64,000 bases of DNA from Candidatus Uhrbacteria bacterium (GCA_016206085.1 JACQSF010000022.1:3191-67190), one strand, 5' to 3'; numbered from the stretch's first letter, positions 10,700 through 20,949 are shown. Made by a program: numbers and translations. The notes: generated by a model not told the origin, from the sequence alone.

Positions 10700-10909
10700 C
10701 TATTCTGAAAATTTTTGCTTAATCTCTTCGACTTTGTTTTCGACCTCAGCTAGTTTCTTTTTGAGCTCCTGGGCGAGTTCTAGTCCGCGCTCAAATTTCT
10801 TGAGACCGACGTCGAGGTCAAGTTGCTCCTGGGAATCAAACCAACGCGTGATCTCTTCAAGTTCCTGAAAACTTTCGGTGAAATTGGTCGTCTTTTTCTT
10901 TGTGGTCAT
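10700..10909 (-). CDS. xseB: Exodeoxyribonuclease VII small subunit
   Basis: FTESFQELEEI...LKKFERGLEL; adjacent to xseA. Confidence 0.9.
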   Translation of the reverse strand: MTTKKKTTNFTESFQELEEITRWFDSQEQLDLDVGLKKFERGLELAQELKKKLAEVENKVEEIKQKFSE

Positions 10910-10961
10910 AGATTCGCTTACAGGCCGGCGTGTCGTCGGCGACGAATTTTGTTCGGCAGGC

Positions 10962-12200
10962 TCACAAAATTGTCATCCGACGCCCCCGGCCAACAAACTG
11001 CACGAGTTTCTGCTGGCCTTTGTTGTTGACACGAGATACTCGCGCATCGGCGCAACCCGCGGCGAATTGTACCGTGATTTCGCCCCCCACTTCAAGGGTC
11101 GACGCATCGCGAACGACACGGCCACCAACCGTCACAAGGCTGTATCCGCGAGCAAGCACTCGCTTGGGATCGACTTGGCGTAGAACTCGAGTTGAGGACT
11201 CAAGTCCTTCCCGCAGACGTGGCAGCCAACTATTCACCAGGAGCAGAAGTCCTTCCTTGGCTCGTGATAAGCGTTCCTTCTGGCGCTCAAGGATGAAGCC
11301 AATAAGATTCGTTACGCGCTCAAGCACAAATGCGCGATCCTGGATCGTGTGACTGAGCCGCGACTCCATGTGACCGGTCAAGGTTTCAAGCTCGTAGGAA
11401 ACGTCGCTTCGAGATGGAACGATGCGCTCGGCCGCGTTTGAAGGCGTGGACGCTCGCACGTCGGCAACAAAGTCTGCTAAGGACTCATCCCGCTCATGTC
11501 CTACGGCAACGACTACGGGAATCTTCGACGCATAAATCGCGCGAGCGACTTGCTCATCGTTAAACGCATGCAAATCTTCAAGCCCCCCACCACCCCGCGT
11601 AAGCACCAGGACGTCAGGTCGATCATCAAGTCTATTGAAATACTCAAACGCGCCCACGATCTCCCCAACTGCCTCACGGCCCTGCACGTGAACATGGGCA
11701 TGCAGAATCTTCACACCTCCCCAACGATTATTCAGAATCCGTAGGAAGTCACCGTACGCGGCCGCATCACGTGAAGTGATAAGCCCGATTCGTTGCGGAA
11801 AACGTGGCAACTCTCGCTTTCGACTTACATCAAACAAACCCTCGGTCTCCAACTTTCGTTTCAATAGTTCGTACGCCCGACGTAGCGCGCCTTCCCCAAC
11901 AGGCTCAAGCGTTTCAACATTGAGTTTAAATGTTCCAAATCGTTCGTATACGTTTGGATGTCCCTTCACCTGCACACGCATCCCGTCTTCGATGGCGGTC
12001 TTCAGTTGCCAGGTCGTCATGAAACATTTGAGCACGGCCTGGGCTTGCTCGTCTTTCAAGTCAAAACTCACCCACTTCCCCTGGGCAACACGAAAATCCG
12101 AAACCTCTCCTTCTATCACCACTTGATCGGATGGAATGAGTCGTAATGTATCGTTGATGAGCTTGAGATACTCGGCAACAGAGAGGGCTGGGGAAGACAT
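10962..12200 (-). CDS. xseA: Exodeoxyribonuclease VII large subunit
   Basis: GEVSD, RGGGGLEDLHAFN, VGHERD, RASTPSNAAE. Confidence 0.97.
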   Translation of the reverse strand: MSSPALSVAEYLKLINDTLRLIPSDQVVIEGEVSDFRVAQGKWVSFDLKDEQAQAVLKCFMTTWQLKTAIEDGMRVQVKGHPNVYERFGTFKLNVETLEPVGEGALRRAYELLKRKLETEGLFDVSRKRELPRFPQRIGLITSRDAAAYGDFLRILNNRWGGVKILHAHVHVQGREAVGEIVGAFEYFNRLDDRPDVLVLTRGGGGLEDLHAFNDEQVARAIYASKIPVVVAVGHERDESLADFVADVRASTPSNAAERIVPSRSDVSYELETLTGHMESRLSHTIQDRAFVLERVTNLIGFILERQKERLSRAKEGLLLLVNSWLPRLREGLESSTRVLRQVDPKRVLARGYSLVTVGGRVVRDASTLEVGGEITVQFAAGCADARVSRVNNKGQQKLVQFVGRGRRMTIL

Positions 12201-12209
12201 AAAACATAT

Positions 12210-12310
12210 GTGTCATTGCGAGGAGGGAGTCACTCGTCGACCGACGAAGCAATCCCTTTCGATAGGCCGGAGGAGATTGCTTCGGTCGCGTTGCTCCCTC
12301 GCAATGACAC
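12210..12310. repeat. Palindromic element, family A (GTCATTGCGAG...GAAGCAATC/GATTGCTTC...CTCGCAATGAC)
   Basis: About 100-bp imperfect palindrome; half copies at 23056, 40367 and 56357. Confidence 0.85.
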
Positions 12311-12354
12311 AAATAAATAACCACCGATCACAGATCGGCATCTCTTATTGACTA

Positions 12355-12831
12355 TTACATCGGCGGGTTAAAAAATGTCGGCTGGAAATACTGAACAAGG
12401 AGCCAGAGTGAAATACCGAGAATCAGGTGCGATACAATCGTCTCGACCCAGACATGCTTCCCCTCTTTAAGTCCAAACCATCCAAATCCCAGTGCCGGAT
12501 AGACGACGATATTGGCAACGACCCAACTCAAAATGGCATACACCAAGAGCGACAGGAATGTGTACGGTGCACGCGTCACGAACAGCCATCCTTGTTCAAC
12601 AAACACCACATAAATGAGTCCAAAGAGAAATCCAATCACAATATGCAAAAGTAATCCGATGAAAAAAACTTCGTGTTTGTGACGAATCTTAAGACCGAAA
12701 ATCGATTTTACGTCGATGAGCAATGGTGCCTCTTGCACACGCCCTTTTTCGGTAATTTCGAGTACGATCGCTGGAATCGCAAACACAAATGCGATGAGTC
12801 CCCCGAGCGCACCACCGAGTACGTAATCCAT
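12355..12831 (-). CDS. Hypothetical multi-pass membrane protein
   Basis: 158 aa with about 4 hydrophobic helices. Confidence 0.65.
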   Translation of the reverse strand: MDYVLGGALGGLIAFVFAIPAIVLEITEKGRVQEAPLLIDVKSIFGLKIRHKHEVFFIGLLLHIVIGFLFGLIYVVFVEQGWLFVTRAPYTFLSLLVYAILSWVVANIVVYPALGFGWFGLKEGKHVWVETIVSHLILGISLWLLVQYFQPTFFNPPM

Positions 12832-12840
12832 AGATACAAG

Positions 12841-13707
12841 TTACGGGCTCAAAACGAGCACAACTTTTTTCCCTTCTGTGATTTCTCCCCCATCATTCCA
12901 ATCGTGCATCGCGTTCATGATCGTGTCAAAGTCGTAGAGGTACGCTTCGCCACGATACGTCCCAGGGTCATTGACGATGAACTGACCCTCTTCTGTATAT
13001 CCGCGAATGACAAGCATGTGGTACAACGGCCCAGGCGCCGTGAAATACGGATTACCGAGCAGTCGTCCCGCGGCCGGAACGATGACTGGATGGCCTTGAA
13101 CAAGTTTACGCTGAATGTCCTCGACCGTGGGGTTGGCAACGAGTTGATAGGTGTGCCCGTACATAAGCTCCGCTAGCACGCCCGTTTGTTCGGTCGTCGT
13201 ATCTTCGTAGAAACCAAACAGCTCCATTTCAAACTCAACAATCTGTAAGAGCGCTTCATTCGCGGTCGATGCGGGAATCTTCCCTTCATCCATCCCCGAA
13301 AAATACGCATGCACCATGTACACGCTTGCTTCCTCACAGGCCTCCTGATACGGCTCGTCCCAATTTCCGTTCGGTGCCTGTGACGTGAACGGTACCGCGA
13401 GGTTCTTCGAGGAAGGAAGGACGGATTCTTCTTCAACAACTTCCTCAATCGTTTCTTCCTCGTTTGGTTCCTCGAGAACCGCGACTTCCTCTTCCACCGT
13501 TTCTTCCTCAAGAGGTTCGTCAGGAACAATCTTCTCCTCAACCACCTCATCCACCTTTTCCACCTCTGCCACCTCTTCATATGACACCGCCTCCGGCAAT
13601 ACAGGTGCCGTCACACCGCGGTACCACTCCAATATCTCCACACGTTGTGTGTACAGCCCAGCGCCTAGAGCAATCAAGAGAATCGTAAGGGTAAACAGTT
13701 TGCGCAT
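12841..13707 (-). CDS. C39-like cysteine peptidase, exported
   Basis: VPFTSQAP, ACEEAS (Cys), YHMLVIRGY (His), IVNDPG (Asp); signal anchor and acidic linker. Confidence 0.8.
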   Translation of the reverse strand: MRKLFTLTILLIALGAGLYTQRVEILEWYRGVTAPVLPEAVSYEEVAEVEKVDEVVEEKIVPDEPLEEETVEEEVAVLEEPNEEETIEEVVEEESVLPSSKNLAVPFTSQAPNGNWDEPYQEACEEASVYMVHAYFSGMDEGKIPASTANEALLQIVEFEMELFGFYEDTTTEQTGVLAELMYGHTYQLVANPTVEDIQRKLVQGHPVIVPAAGRLLGNPYFTAPGPLYHMLVIRGYTEEGQFIVNDPGTYRGEAYLYDFDTIMNAMHDWNDGGEITEGKKVVLVLSP

Positions 13708-13711
13708 AGCT

Positions 13712-14059
13712 TTAGAGACAAACACCTACGTCGTCGACGAAGTCACCGCACGTATATCCTGACGGACATTGGCTGTCTTCCTGACATTCACAGTACTCGA
13801 CGCATAACTCAATACAGATGGCATCGGGATCTGTACGACACGCTGAGCCGCAGGAATTCCAGGTGCCACTAGATTCGGTACACGACGTTTCGGTTAATGG
13901 TGTGTCATCCCGACCGAAGCCGTCCGACGGCTGAGTGGAGGGATCACGTACCTCTTCGAGATCTCCCGACCCGCGCTGCTCGCTCGAGATAACAAAGACA
14001 AACATCACCACAAAAACTCCCAAAACAACGACGATAAGTGGAACCATCTTGTTTTTCAT
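13712..14059 (-). CDS. Small Cys-rich membrane-anchored protein
   Basis: N-terminal TM; multiple Cys in the C-terminal half. Confidence 0.6.
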   Translation of the reverse strand: MKNKMVPLIVVVLGVFVVMFVFVISSEQRGSGDLEEVRDPSTQPSDGFGRDDTPLTETSCTESSGTWNSCGSACRTDPDAICIELCVEYCECQEDSQCPSGYTCGDFVDDVGVCL

Positions 14060-15456
14060 AGCACCGCGTGTTCACGAATCCATCTCTGGAGCTTGTGCGT
14101 TGCCCGGACGTCATCCTCATTGTACTCAAGTATCTTCTGCAAAATTTTAGGCGACTTCTTCTGGAGCCATTCTTCAAACCAGAGGACCGAGTTCGCGCCA
14201 GAGGCATCATCGGCTCGCCACTCAAAACCAATGTATCCAGCAATATCCTTGAGCGAATAAAACGAGAGAGGAAAAATGACCGTCGGACGGATGACGTTGA
14301 GAATATCGATCCTGTTACGCTCAAGCGCCTCACGAGCAATCTCCCCGATTCCATACTTGGCGCTGAATCGTCGCACCACTTCTTCTTCAAACCACCCATA
14401 GTGATAGATCGGTGCGTCAATGTGACGCTCGATGAAATGCACAAACTCACCCCACATCGCCCCTTCCTGTTCTGGTGAGCTCGCAAAAAAGGAAATATAT
14501 TCCTCCCCCTGAGCGGTGACCTTTAACACCCCAAACAAGTAATCGAAATCTCGTAATGGATCGCTCTCGATGTCAAAAAATAATTCAACATCCGCTTCGG
14601 GGAGCTCCGCGGTCCCGCGAATGATGTGGCGATACTCTTTGATCGCGATCGCTTGATCGCGCATGATCTCAAGACGATTTGAACTCACCGTCGGAACAAG
14701 ATGTTCAAGTTCGGGAACAGACTTGAGCGCAAGCTCGCTGAGCGTCTGCACTCCCGCTTCCTCAAGCGCTCGCACTTCTTCGCGCCACACGCGATTGAGA
14801 AGCGACAAATCGTCACAACTCTCTGACTCGCTCCGACACTCCTTGTACCACGGCGACTGCTTGCATCCACTCGTGACAAAGTGGGCGGGACGTTTGCCCG
14901 CGATGATCTTTTCAATCTCTGTGAGGGTAAGTTCATACTCCGCTTCAAACTCCTCAATAAGATACGGCAACACCTCGCTGTCGGGCGTCACGATATATCC
15001 CTGTACCGGTTTCACTCCCTGAATCCGCTCAAGAAGCTCGGCGTAAAAACAACCCTGAAATTTGTAATCATCGCGAATAAATCGCGACCGCTTCATGTCA
15101 GAAGCCACGTAATAATAATCGCCCAGGCGCGAACGCCCCTCAACCTTCTCAAGAATATCCGGATGTCCGACCCAGTGCGTATCGATGAGCACCCCATGGT
15201 AGATCGTCTGACGACCCTCACGCATAAACGCAAGCGTTTGATTGAATGCTTCGTCTGGATCCTCCGCCGTAACTTCAACAAGATCCTGGCGATCCGAAAG
15301 AAGTTCGCGCTCTTTTTCCTCAACCAATCCATCATCCTGAAGCCTGGCCATGAGGAGCTCATGTGGCCGAGTCTCCCCCGCATGCGCATCAAAATAGACC
15401 CAATTCGGACACTTGAGATATTGGTAAAACGTTTTCTCACTGATGGTGCCGCGCAT
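14056..15456 (-). CDS. TM0106-family RecB-like nuclease with RNase H-like domain
   Basis: GHPDIL, FFDIES, IYHYG, YSLKDIA, ILEYNEDDVRAT. Confidence 0.85.
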   Translation of the reverse strand: MRGTISEKTFYQYLKCPNWVYFDAHAGETRPHELLMARLQDDGLVEEKERELLSDRQDLVEVTAEDPDEAFNQTLAFMREGRQTIYHGVLIDTHWVGHPDILEKVEGRSRLGDYYYVASDMKRSRFIRDDYKFQGCFYAELLERIQGVKPVQGYIVTPDSEVLPYLIEEFEAEYELTLTEIEKIIAGKRPAHFVTSGCKQSPWYKECRSESESCDDLSLLNRVWREEVRALEEAGVQTLSELALKSVPELEHLVPTVSSNRLEIMRDQAIAIKEYRHIIRGTAELPEADVELFFDIESDPLRDFDYLFGVLKVTAQGEEYISFFASSPEQEGAMWGEFVHFIERHIDAPIYHYGWFEEEVVRRFSAKYGIGEIAREALERNRIDILNVIRPTVIFPLSFYSLKDIAGYIGFEWRADDASGANSVLWFEEWLQKKSPKILQKILEYNEDDVRATHKLQRWIREHAVL

Positions 15457-15653
15457 AGAATCATTATAACAGAAAGCTCATCAGATCCCTGCAAAACTCG
15501 ATGGGATTCCAGACAATTCCTTGACAAACTCGATTAAATCTTGTATCTATACAGCAATTCACACGTATGACGTCGTGTGAGTTTCAAACCGGAATCTGCC
15601 GGATTGATCTTCCTGAACGTCATCTGGAGTCACTCGTGTCTGCTGCTCTTCAA

Positions 15654-17177
15654 ATGGCCTCTGATCTCAGGGTTCTTCCTCGTCTACTGGGCGAAGTGAT
15701 CGCCGTACCGGAGAGAAGCTTCGGCTTCATCGGTCGAGCCACCACACTCATCGGAGCTCCGTTCGACACCAGCGGCGATGTGTTCATCCACCAGGATGAA
15801 TGTGCCGTGCCGCTCGCAGTCGGGCTCGCGGTCGAGTTCACGCTCATCAACGACCCGAGACGTGAGGGCAGGTTCCGCGCCCTGAACGGTTGTTCCGTAG
15901 CGTCCCTGCCCGTGCTCGCGGAAGAGGTGGCGCAGCTTCCTACCCTCGCTTCCCGTCAGCCCTACCATGTCCGCGCCAAGGTCGTGGAGGCCGTGGAGGT
16001 ACGCAAGGCGTTCGCCAACGCACCCTTCGGGGGCGTCATCGGGACACAAGTCGGAGAAACCGTCGAGATCGAAAACGACACGGAACTCTCCGCGTTCGTC
16101 CAGACGTACCTGGAGGAGGTGTTTCCTGGCCTGCAGGGTCAGGGAGTGTCGTTCACCTTGGGGACGAACAGGAGCGAAGAAGCAGCTCGCATCACCAGCA
16201 GGAACCAACGCCTAAGGGGGTTGTCCATGATCGCGCAGGCCAACACCCTGCAGGTCGAGTACGATCGTTTCCTGGTGACAATGGACGCACTGCTTACGCT
16301 GCGAGACGCGGGCTACCTGGTTCCCGGTGTCAGGATGTCCACCAAAATCCTGAACATGCTCGTGGGAAACCCCGAGAGGCTTCGTTCGCGCCGGAGCTCC
16401 GCCGCCGACACCGCCGCGTTCCAGAGGGCGAACAGCGAGTTCGCGACGACGATCCGGTTCCTCAAGGAGCATGAGCTCCTCGCGCCAGGAACGGCCATCC
16501 CAATCGAGCACACGGCTGACCTCTTCATGGCCGCACCAGTCTGGTACGTCAGATCTCACGTGGATCAGCCCAATACTTGGGATGACAGTGATCCCAGACC
16601 TGATCAGGCGGTGCGGGACTTTGCCGGGCTGTTTGGGACGCAGGAATGGGCGCATCTCTTCCAGATGTTCAACCGGCGCACGCGTCCGTTCTCCCGCTAC
16701 GAAGGCGACATGATCCCGGATCACATCGTCACGATCATCGAGCGTGTCGGAACCTTCTTCGACTACCTGGTCATCGCCACTCCCTACCACGACGTGGCGG
16801 GACGCGAGTGGGAGGATCCGGCATGGCGCACCCTGATCGATCCCTACTTGGTGGGGTTTAAGAAAGGCGTGCCGTACCTGTTCTTCTTGGGACGTTGGAG
16901 CGACACGGGCGTCTTCCCCCTGGTGGGAGAGATGATTGCCGACACCATCGGCTACCTGAAGGTCAACAAGGCAAAGCTCGCCGGTTTCGGCAGTCTGCCC
17001 TTCTGGCACTTCAGCGACCCTTCCCACCCGGATCGACAGGGACACAGTAACAGCTTCAAAGACGCCGGCAGCAGGCTGCAGACGTTCGTCGATGAGCTGA
17101 TCAGGCACTTCGAAGCGGGAACACTGTTCCCCTTCCTGCGTGGCTCCTCCGACCGCGCACTCACCGTTATCAAGTAG
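15654..17177 (+). CDS. Orphan protein with N-terminal cold-shock-like (OB-fold) domain
   Basis: RSFGFI (RNP1-like), GDVFIH (RNP2-like), VEFTL; GC-rich codons; start could be 15567. Confidence 0.55.
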   Translation: MASDLRVLPRLLGEVIAVPERSFGFIGRATTLIGAPFDTSGDVFIHQDECAVPLAVGLAVEFTLINDPRREGRFRALNGCSVASLPVLAEEVAQLPTLASRQPYHVRAKVVEAVEVRKAFANAPFGGVIGTQVGETVEIENDTELSAFVQTYLEEVFPGLQGQGVSFTLGTNRSEEAARITSRNQRLRGLSMIAQANTLQVEYDRFLVTMDALLTLRDAGYLVPGVRMSTKILNMLVGNPERLRSRRSSAADTAAFQRANSEFATTIRFLKEHELLAPGTAIPIEHTADLFMAAPVWYVRSHVDQPNTWDDSDPRPDQAVRDFAGLFGTQEWAHLFQMFNRRTRPFSRYEGDMIPDHIVTIIERVGTFFDYLVIATPYHDVAGREWEDPAWRTLIDPYLVGFKKGVPYLFFLGRWSDTGVFPLVGEMIADTIGYLKVNKAKLAGFGSLPFWHFSDPSHPDRQGHSNSFKDAGSRLQTFVDELIRHFEAGTLFPFLRGSSDRALTVIK

Positions 17178-17185
17178 CACCTTGC

Positions 17186-17212
17186 GACCCCATCCATGCG
17201 ATGGGGTTTTAT
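17186..17212 (+). terminator. Intrinsic terminator
   Basis: accccatc-catgc-gatggggt followed by a T run. Confidence 0.6.
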
Positions 17213-17235
17213 CATTGAGACCTCTGCAAAAGTCT

Positions 17236-18372
17236 TTATTGTAAGAAATACTCCGCCCTCTCGTACACGTTGCGTGCGTTCCATAAAATCCAACCAGAGG
17301 CACCGGCATCGCGGGCAGCTTGGATTTGTGCCTCAATATAATCACTGGTGTACACGGCCCCGATATCGAAATCCTGGAGCCACGGACGAAATCGCGCGGC
17401 AAGCTCTTCATCACTGCCCGCAAAAAATCCATGTGTGAGTCGCAACCCTTCGTCCAACGACATCTTCACGATCTCGTACGGAGCCAGTGCAGGATTTGCG
17501 TAGCCTTTAAACCCATCGACATAATGCGAGGGATAGACCATCGGCGACACCCAATCTGCGTACGGCAACACATCAATCAGACGTTGACCGATGTTGTAGT
17601 CATGAAGGGACCAGAAGGTCATGCCAAAGACATCAAACGATACCGGAATGCCCTCCTTGCGCATCGCTCCGCCGACGCGCTCGAAGAATCGTTGCATGGC
17701 CTCAATTTTAGATTCGCTCGTGTGATACACGGGATAGATGATGGAACTGATCGCGCCGTCGGACGCGAACCGGACGTAATCGTACTGGATCTCGTCAAAG
17801 CCGACTTCGTAGAATCGACGGCCTACATCGATGGCATAGTCAGCCACTTCTGGCGCAGCTGGATCCAGCCAAGCAGCTCCGGTTGCGTCCCGCCAAAGTC
17901 CCATATCCCGACCTGACCCCAATGCAAGGTCGGGGTGCGAGAGCGCAAATGCGGAGTCGCGCATGACGGCAATGCGCGCAATGCGATACACACCCGCGTC
18001 ATACAACTTCGCGAGAACGTCTTCGAATTTCATCGGCTCGAGTAACGCTCCATTGTCCATCTTTACGTCGATCACGGCTGTGTTGAGCCCAGACTCGAGC
18101 ATGTATGCAAGGAGCTCGTCAGCGCGCGAGCTCGTGGCTGTCACCGCTGTCCAATAAAGGCCACGAACTTCGTCGGGGAGAGGAACGTGGGAGACGGCAA
18201 CTAGACCCCTCCCAACCTCCCCTTGTAAAAGGGAGGAGAACTCGAGTTCATCCCCCCTTTCCAAGGGGGGACTGAGGGGGGTCGAGGCCAGCCATCCGAC
18301 CGCAAACGGCACCGCAAGCACGCAAATCAAAAACGCCGGGACGAGAAATTCGACCTGACGTTTTGTGAACAT
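17236..18372 (-). CDS. Putative glycoside hydrolase (DUF4015-like)
   Basis: VIDVK, IARI, GFDEIQYDYVRF, SPMVYPSHY, RPWLQDF, WILWNARNVY. Confidence 0.8.
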   Translation of the reverse strand: MFTKRQVEFLVPAFLICVLAVPFAVGWLASTPLSPPLERGDELEFSSLLQGEVGRGLVAVSHVPLPDEVRGLYWTAVTATSSRADELLAYMLESGLNTAVIDVKMDNGALLEPMKFEDVLAKLYDAGVYRIARIAVMRDSAFALSHPDLALGSGRDMGLWRDATGAAWLDPAAPEVADYAIDVGRRFYEVGFDEIQYDYVRFASDGAISSIIYPVYHTSESKIEAMQRFFERVGGAMRKEGIPVSFDVFGMTFWSLHDYNIGQRLIDVLPYADWVSPMVYPSHYVDGFKGYANPALAPYEIVKMSLDEGLRLTHGFFAGSDEELAARFRPWLQDFDIGAVYTSDYIEAQIQAARDAGASGWILWNARNVYERAEYFLQ

Positions 18373-18374
18373 AT

Positions 18375-18977
18375 TTATTGGGCTTGATTCTCAACCGTCA
18401 CGGTGGTCATCACATCCCCTACCACAATCGCATCTACCACGTCCATCCCCTCAAGCACTCGTCCAAAAATGGTATAGGCTTTTGGCAATGGGGTGTCACC
18501 TAGCATGATAAAAAACTGACTGCCGTTTGTATTTGGTCCACGATTTGCCATCGCGACAATTCCCCGCTCGTACGTGTAATCGTCGTCGAGCTCGTCAGGG
18601 AACTCATAGCCGGGTCCACCCGACCCGTTCCCACTTGGATCACCGCCCTGGATGACAAACCCTTCTTCGCGACGATGAAAGGTCAGTCCATTGTAGTAAT
18701 TCCCTTCCGTCAGATACACAAAGTTTGAAACGGTTTGAGGGGCGGTATCCGCGAAGAGTTCAAATACGATGTCGCCTTTTTCTGTCGAGAGGCGAATCTG
18801 CTTGTCGGTAATCTGCTCGCTTGCAAGCACGCCAGGGAATGTCCATGTCGCCATAGAAGCTTCTTCTTGTTGGTCAGGGTAGGTAAAGGTAAGGGAAGAT
18901 TCCTCCTGTGCGGCCGGCGCGCACCCAGCCCCCACAAGCACCAGAGCGCCCAGAGAAATGAGACTAAGCTGTTTCAT
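18375..18977 (-). CDS. Cyclophilin-type peptidyl-prolyl isomerase, lipoprotein
   Basis: FHR...FVIQGGDP, AMANRGPNTNGSQFFI; lipobox-like LVGAGC. Confidence 0.93.
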   Translation of the reverse strand: MKQLSLISLGALVLVGAGCAPAAQEESSLTFTYPDQQEEASMATWTFPGVLASEQITDKQIRLSTEKGDIVFELFADTAPQTVSNFVYLTEGNYYNGLTFHRREEGFVIQGGDPSGNGSGGPGYEFPDELDDDYTYERGIVAMANRGPNTNGSQFFIMLGDTPLPKAYTIFGRVLEGMDVVDAIVVGDVMTTVTVENQAQ

Positions 18978-19396
18978 AGATTCTGTACATTGGAATCAGG
19001 CGTAATCCAATTTGTGATTGATCCCATGGAAATCGATGGGAGTTCAAAGTTCATGGGAAGAGAGGTGGAGATAAGCATGCCCGAGAGAATCGCAATCGCG
19101 ATGGAAAGAACAGCCACGAGCTTATTGACACTCATCGGCATGTGCTCACAGTTGCGACACGTCCCAATAAACACGTACTTGTGATGCACCTCAACAGGTC
19201 CATGCGATGTGTGTACCTCCTTCTCCACAACCGTTACAACAGGAACAGTCTGTTCTGAAACCTTCACACGCATCACAGGCTTCGCTTTCTTTGCAACCAC
19301 CTTCTTCACGATAGCTTTCTTTGCGGGAGCCTTCTTTGCAACAACCTTCTTGGTTGGAACGGGTGAGGCAGTGACCTTTTTTATTTTTGCGGGCAT
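18974..19396 (-). CDS. Hypothetical protein with Lys/Ala-rich N-terminus and one TM
   Basis: KKVVAKKAPAKK repeats, CxxC, hydrophobic helix. Confidence 0.55.
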   Translation of the reverse strand: MPAKIKKVTASPVPTKKVVAKKAPAKKAIVKKVVAKKAKPVMRVKVSEQTVPVVTVVEKEVHTSHGPVEVHHKYVFIGTCRNCEHMPMSVNKLVAVLSIAIAILSGMLISTSLPMNFELPSISMGSITNWITPDSNVQNL

Positions 19397-19428
19397 AAGA
19401 CAATGAACATTTAAAAATGTTGTTCAAA

Positions 19429-19890
19429 TTATAGCACACGCTCTCCCAGTCCTACTAGTATACTTCCGGAAAGGTCGAGCTCGGAGGTGAGCATCTGTGC
19501 ACCTAAGTCAAAAAACGTTGGGATCGCTTCCCACGAAAGCGTCTCTCGATTGAACTGATAGATCACAACCTCTTGAAGAGAAGCCCTAGCACTGAATTCT
19601 GAAAACGAAAATAAAAATTCGGCTTGCTCAAGTGTTCCAATACCCGAGAGAGTCACTTCATACACAGGACTCAGAAGACTCGGAATGGTGGTTTCCACGC
19701 CATCAAGACGTTCAATCAGCACCGTTCCCGTTGACCGAGTAACTCCCTCTACACGTAACACATTGTCTTGTGATACAGCGACGACTTGTTCAGGGCTTGG
19801 GCGAAGAATGAGAAGCGCACTGGCGATCAAAACAATCACGACCACGATCGCGATTGAGAAACTCGAATCTTTTTTCTTGGAGGTGCCCAT
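19429..19890 (-). CDS. Hypothetical membrane-anchored protein
   Basis: N-terminal TM; packed into the operon after metK. Confidence 0.55.
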   Translation of the reverse strand: MGTSKKKDSSFSIAIVVVIVLIASALLILRPSPEQVVAVSQDNVLRVEGVTRSTGTVLIERLDGVETTIPSLLSPVYEVTLSGIGTLEQAEFLFSFSEFSARASLQEVVIYQFNRETLSWEAIPTFFDLGAQMLTSELDLSGSILVGLGERVL

Positions 19891-19899
19891 ACGCACCCA

Positions 19900-20949
19900 C
19901 TATATCACAACAGACTCTTCCCACGGGAAGCCGGCGCGACCAAAATGCCCATACGCAGCCGTCGCGCGATACACTGGTTGAAACAGATTAAGTCGTTCAG
20001 CAATTGCCTCTGGACGGAAGTCGAATGTCTTCTTGAGTAACTCTGTTAAATCCATTTTTGCCCCGCGCGATTTCTCGCCCATGCCGGTCGCACACAGATG
20101 CACTGGCTCCGCTCGTCCCATCGAGTAGACCAAACTCACCATCGCGGAAGTCGCTAAGCCTTGCTCGACCAGGTAGCGCGCCGTGAACCGTGCCATGTAG
20201 GCACCTGCACGATCCACGCGAGATGGATCCTTGCCCGAGATCGACTTGTCTCCTTGGGGAATAAGTCCGCCGTAGGTGTCGACGGTCATTTTGCGCCCGC
20301 TCGCTCCAGAATCCGCTTTAAATCCTGCATCAATAAACGTCCCGATAGGATTGATGTACATCGCCACACCATTCTCCCCAAGAATCGGTACAAGCAAACG
20401 TTCCAAGAGCGCGGTCTTCACGTCTTTCTCGTCGATGCTCACCTGATGGGACGCGAGAACCGTCACACCACACACACGATCACCGTCCATCGTGAGTTGA
20501 ATCTTGCCATCTGGTTTGAGCCAAGAGAACGCGGGGTCGGTTTTGCGCAGATCGTCCAGACGTCGAGCGAGATTATGGGCATAGACAACCGCACGCGGCA
20601 AAAGCTCGCGTGTTTCATTCGTGGCAAAGCCGTTCACGACCACATTATCTGTCACCCCATTGTGCACACGCTTCATTTCTGCGGATTGTGTATCAATGTT
20701 CACGAATACCTCGACATCGTCTTTGTATCCAATCTCTGTGTACACCTGTTTGGCAAGCTCTCCCAGATCAAAATCAGCTGTACTGGTGACCTCTCCACCA
20801 ATCATGATCATGCCATGACTCCCTAGTACATTGATGTCCACACGCGCTTGCTTATCGCGTCGAAGATACTCGTCGACAATGGCGTCCGCAATCTGATCGC
20901 AAACTTTATCGGGGTGGCCTTGGGTGACAGACTCAACGGTTTTTTTCAT
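19900..20949 (-). CDS. metK: S-adenosylmethionine synthetase (divergent)
   Basis: ESVTQGHPDKVCDQI, PDGK, GRK, SGKD, TAAYGHFGR. Confidence 0.85.
   Translation of the reverse strand: MKKTVESVTQGHPDKVCDQIADAIVDEYLRRDKQARVDINVLGSHGMIMIGGEVTSTADFDLGELAKQVYTEIGYKDDVEVFVNIDTQSAEMKRVHNGVTDNVVVNGFATNETRELLPRAVVYAHNLARRLDDLRKTDPAFSWLKPDGKIQLTMDGDRVCGVTVLASHQVSIDEKDVKTALLERLLVPILGENGVAMYINPIGTFIDAGFKADSGASGRKMTVDTYGGLIPQGDKSISGKDPSRVDRAGAYMARFTARYLVEQGLATSAMVSLVYSMGRAEPVHLCATGMGEKSRGAKMDLTELLKKTFDFRPEAIAERLNLFQPVYRATAAYGHFGRAGFPWEESVVI

Noticed and set aside
14056..15456. Cas4-like nuclease suggesting CRISPR
   Set aside because: TM0106 architecture; no cas1/cas2 and no repeat-spacer array.
16212..17432. 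406-aa minus-strand ORF
   Set aside because: Antisense shadow of the cold-shock-domain orphan; overlaps two better-supported genes.
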